From Coniocarpon cinnabarinum (taxonomy: Eukaryota), in contig JAVECO010000110.1 of the NCBI GenBank assembly GCA_051942205.1, positions 59,299 to 79,298 on the forward strand: a stretch of DNA of 20,000 nucleotides. Direction: 5' to 3'. How positions within the stretch are numbered: position 1 is the first letter of the stretch; each line of letters starts with the position of its first letter. The position numbers and the translations under genes were made by a program. Positions 19,057-20,000 of the stretch are shown one piece after another. The notes under the pieces were generated by a model that saw only the letters and a program-made list of their open reading frames with translations, made no database searches and was not told the origin of the DNA.

Positions 19057-19599
19057 GCAATGAAGATCAAAGCATAGAATCGTCAGTCGACCAAGAAGTT
19101 GCACCAGATGGTCATCCTCGCCCCAAGGAGCACGCTTCGGCCTGTATCGTTGGTCCCCACTTTGAGCGCATCGTCCGTTCATTGCTCCTCCATTGGTGTA
19201 CCAATGCATCAACGAGGCGCACAGTTGAAAGGATGCTATGCTGTTGCGAGGGAGGGTCCTAATATGCTCACATTAGGCTTAGGAAGCGGCCTCTAGAGGG
19301 AAGTCTAGAGTCATGAAAGGTGCGGTAGGCCGCACGTGGCTCTTCAAAGCCCTTCTGTCAGCATCAGTGGCGTTTTAGTGGTGAACTTCAACGTGGAGCC
19401 GTGTACGATTACGATGCGATGAGCACGATTTTCGTGTAGAGAGGTCTGAAAGTCAATTGTGTGGAGGTGTGAAGGATTTTGAGGATGAGCTCCGGCGGCT
19501 TGTGCCATTATGTATTGTATAGGTAATTCTTGGGGGGCTCATTGGAAGATAGACGACGCCCCAGGATACCCTCAACCGTGTGTGAATTAATACATCCAA

Positions 19600-20000
19600 A
19601 CGCATGTGCTCTTCATTCTTGACATTCAACATTTGTTCCATCCGCACGTGTCCCTCACAAGGTGCAGTAATCTTCGGACGCGACTCCCATCGCCTCTATC
19701 AACGCTTCATTTCCCAACTTTCGTTGAAGGTCCTCGTCTCCAGTCCTGCGTCAAGACCCATCGCATCCCCTGCTTCGTGCTTATCCCATCGCAGGAGCCC
19801 TAGATCCCTCTATACGAAATCCATCCCATCCTTCTTTCATCTCGACTGTTCATTCCCCAACGCAGATATCCTCTGCACTTTCGCGTCTGGTTTTTCCTAG
19901 GTTTCGCACGTCTCAACGCTCGTCTTAATCTAACCGTCCCCACCCCGTTACCCCCATCACAACCCCAAACGTCACGACGCCAACTCCCCTTCCCTTAACC
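19600..20000 (+). promoter_or_regulatory. Pyrimidine (CT)-rich promoter/5' UTR region of a probable + strand gene starting beyond the window
   Basis: The + strand is strongly C/T-skewed with no credible ORF, which is typical of sequence upstream of filamentous fungal start codons. Confidence 0.4.

Noticed and set aside
1..20000. Prokaryotic defence system, CRISPR array, secondary-metabolite core gene, tRNA/rRNA or intact transposon
   Set aside because: The sequence is fungal. I saw no repeat-spacer array, PKS/NRPS/terpene synthase, transposase/RT motifs or tRNA cloverleaf by eye. A covariance-model search (Infernal/Rfam, tRNAscan-SE) would be needed to exclude small ncRNAs.

Overview
Gene-dense eukaryotic DNA from a filamentous ascomycete (Pezizomycotina), judged from short GT-AG introns with CTRAY-type branch points and from the gene content. 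Nine protein-coding genes are supported, in order: PaiA-like GNAT acetyltransferase (-), lipid droplet-associated hydrolase LDAH/DUF2305 (+, 1 intron), initiator tRNA phosphoribosyl transferase RIT1 (-, 2 introns), OCRL/INPP5B-like inositol polyphosphate 5-phosphatase (+), a hypothetical protein with an F-box-like start (-), a second GNAT (-, 1 intron), a microsomal-type epoxide hydrolase (+), Sec61 alpha (-, 4 introns) and exocyst Sec8 (+). I found no rRNA, tRNA, CRISPR array or intact transposon, and no convincing new multi-gene system. The most unusual signal is splicing. Three of the eight introns I could reconstruct by hand need a purine-AG 3' splice site (two AAG, both ending TCACAAAG, and one GAG in the essential SEC61 gene), and in each the nearest CAG is out of frame. 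Lesser signals are a 12-bp inverted repeat enclosing a TATA-like box in the GNAT/epoxide hydrolase divergent promoter, a head-to-head SEC61/SEC8 pair, repeated CACGTG E-boxes and a TpA-rich, possibly RIP-decayed island. All gene models are manual and unverified by RNA data or database search.
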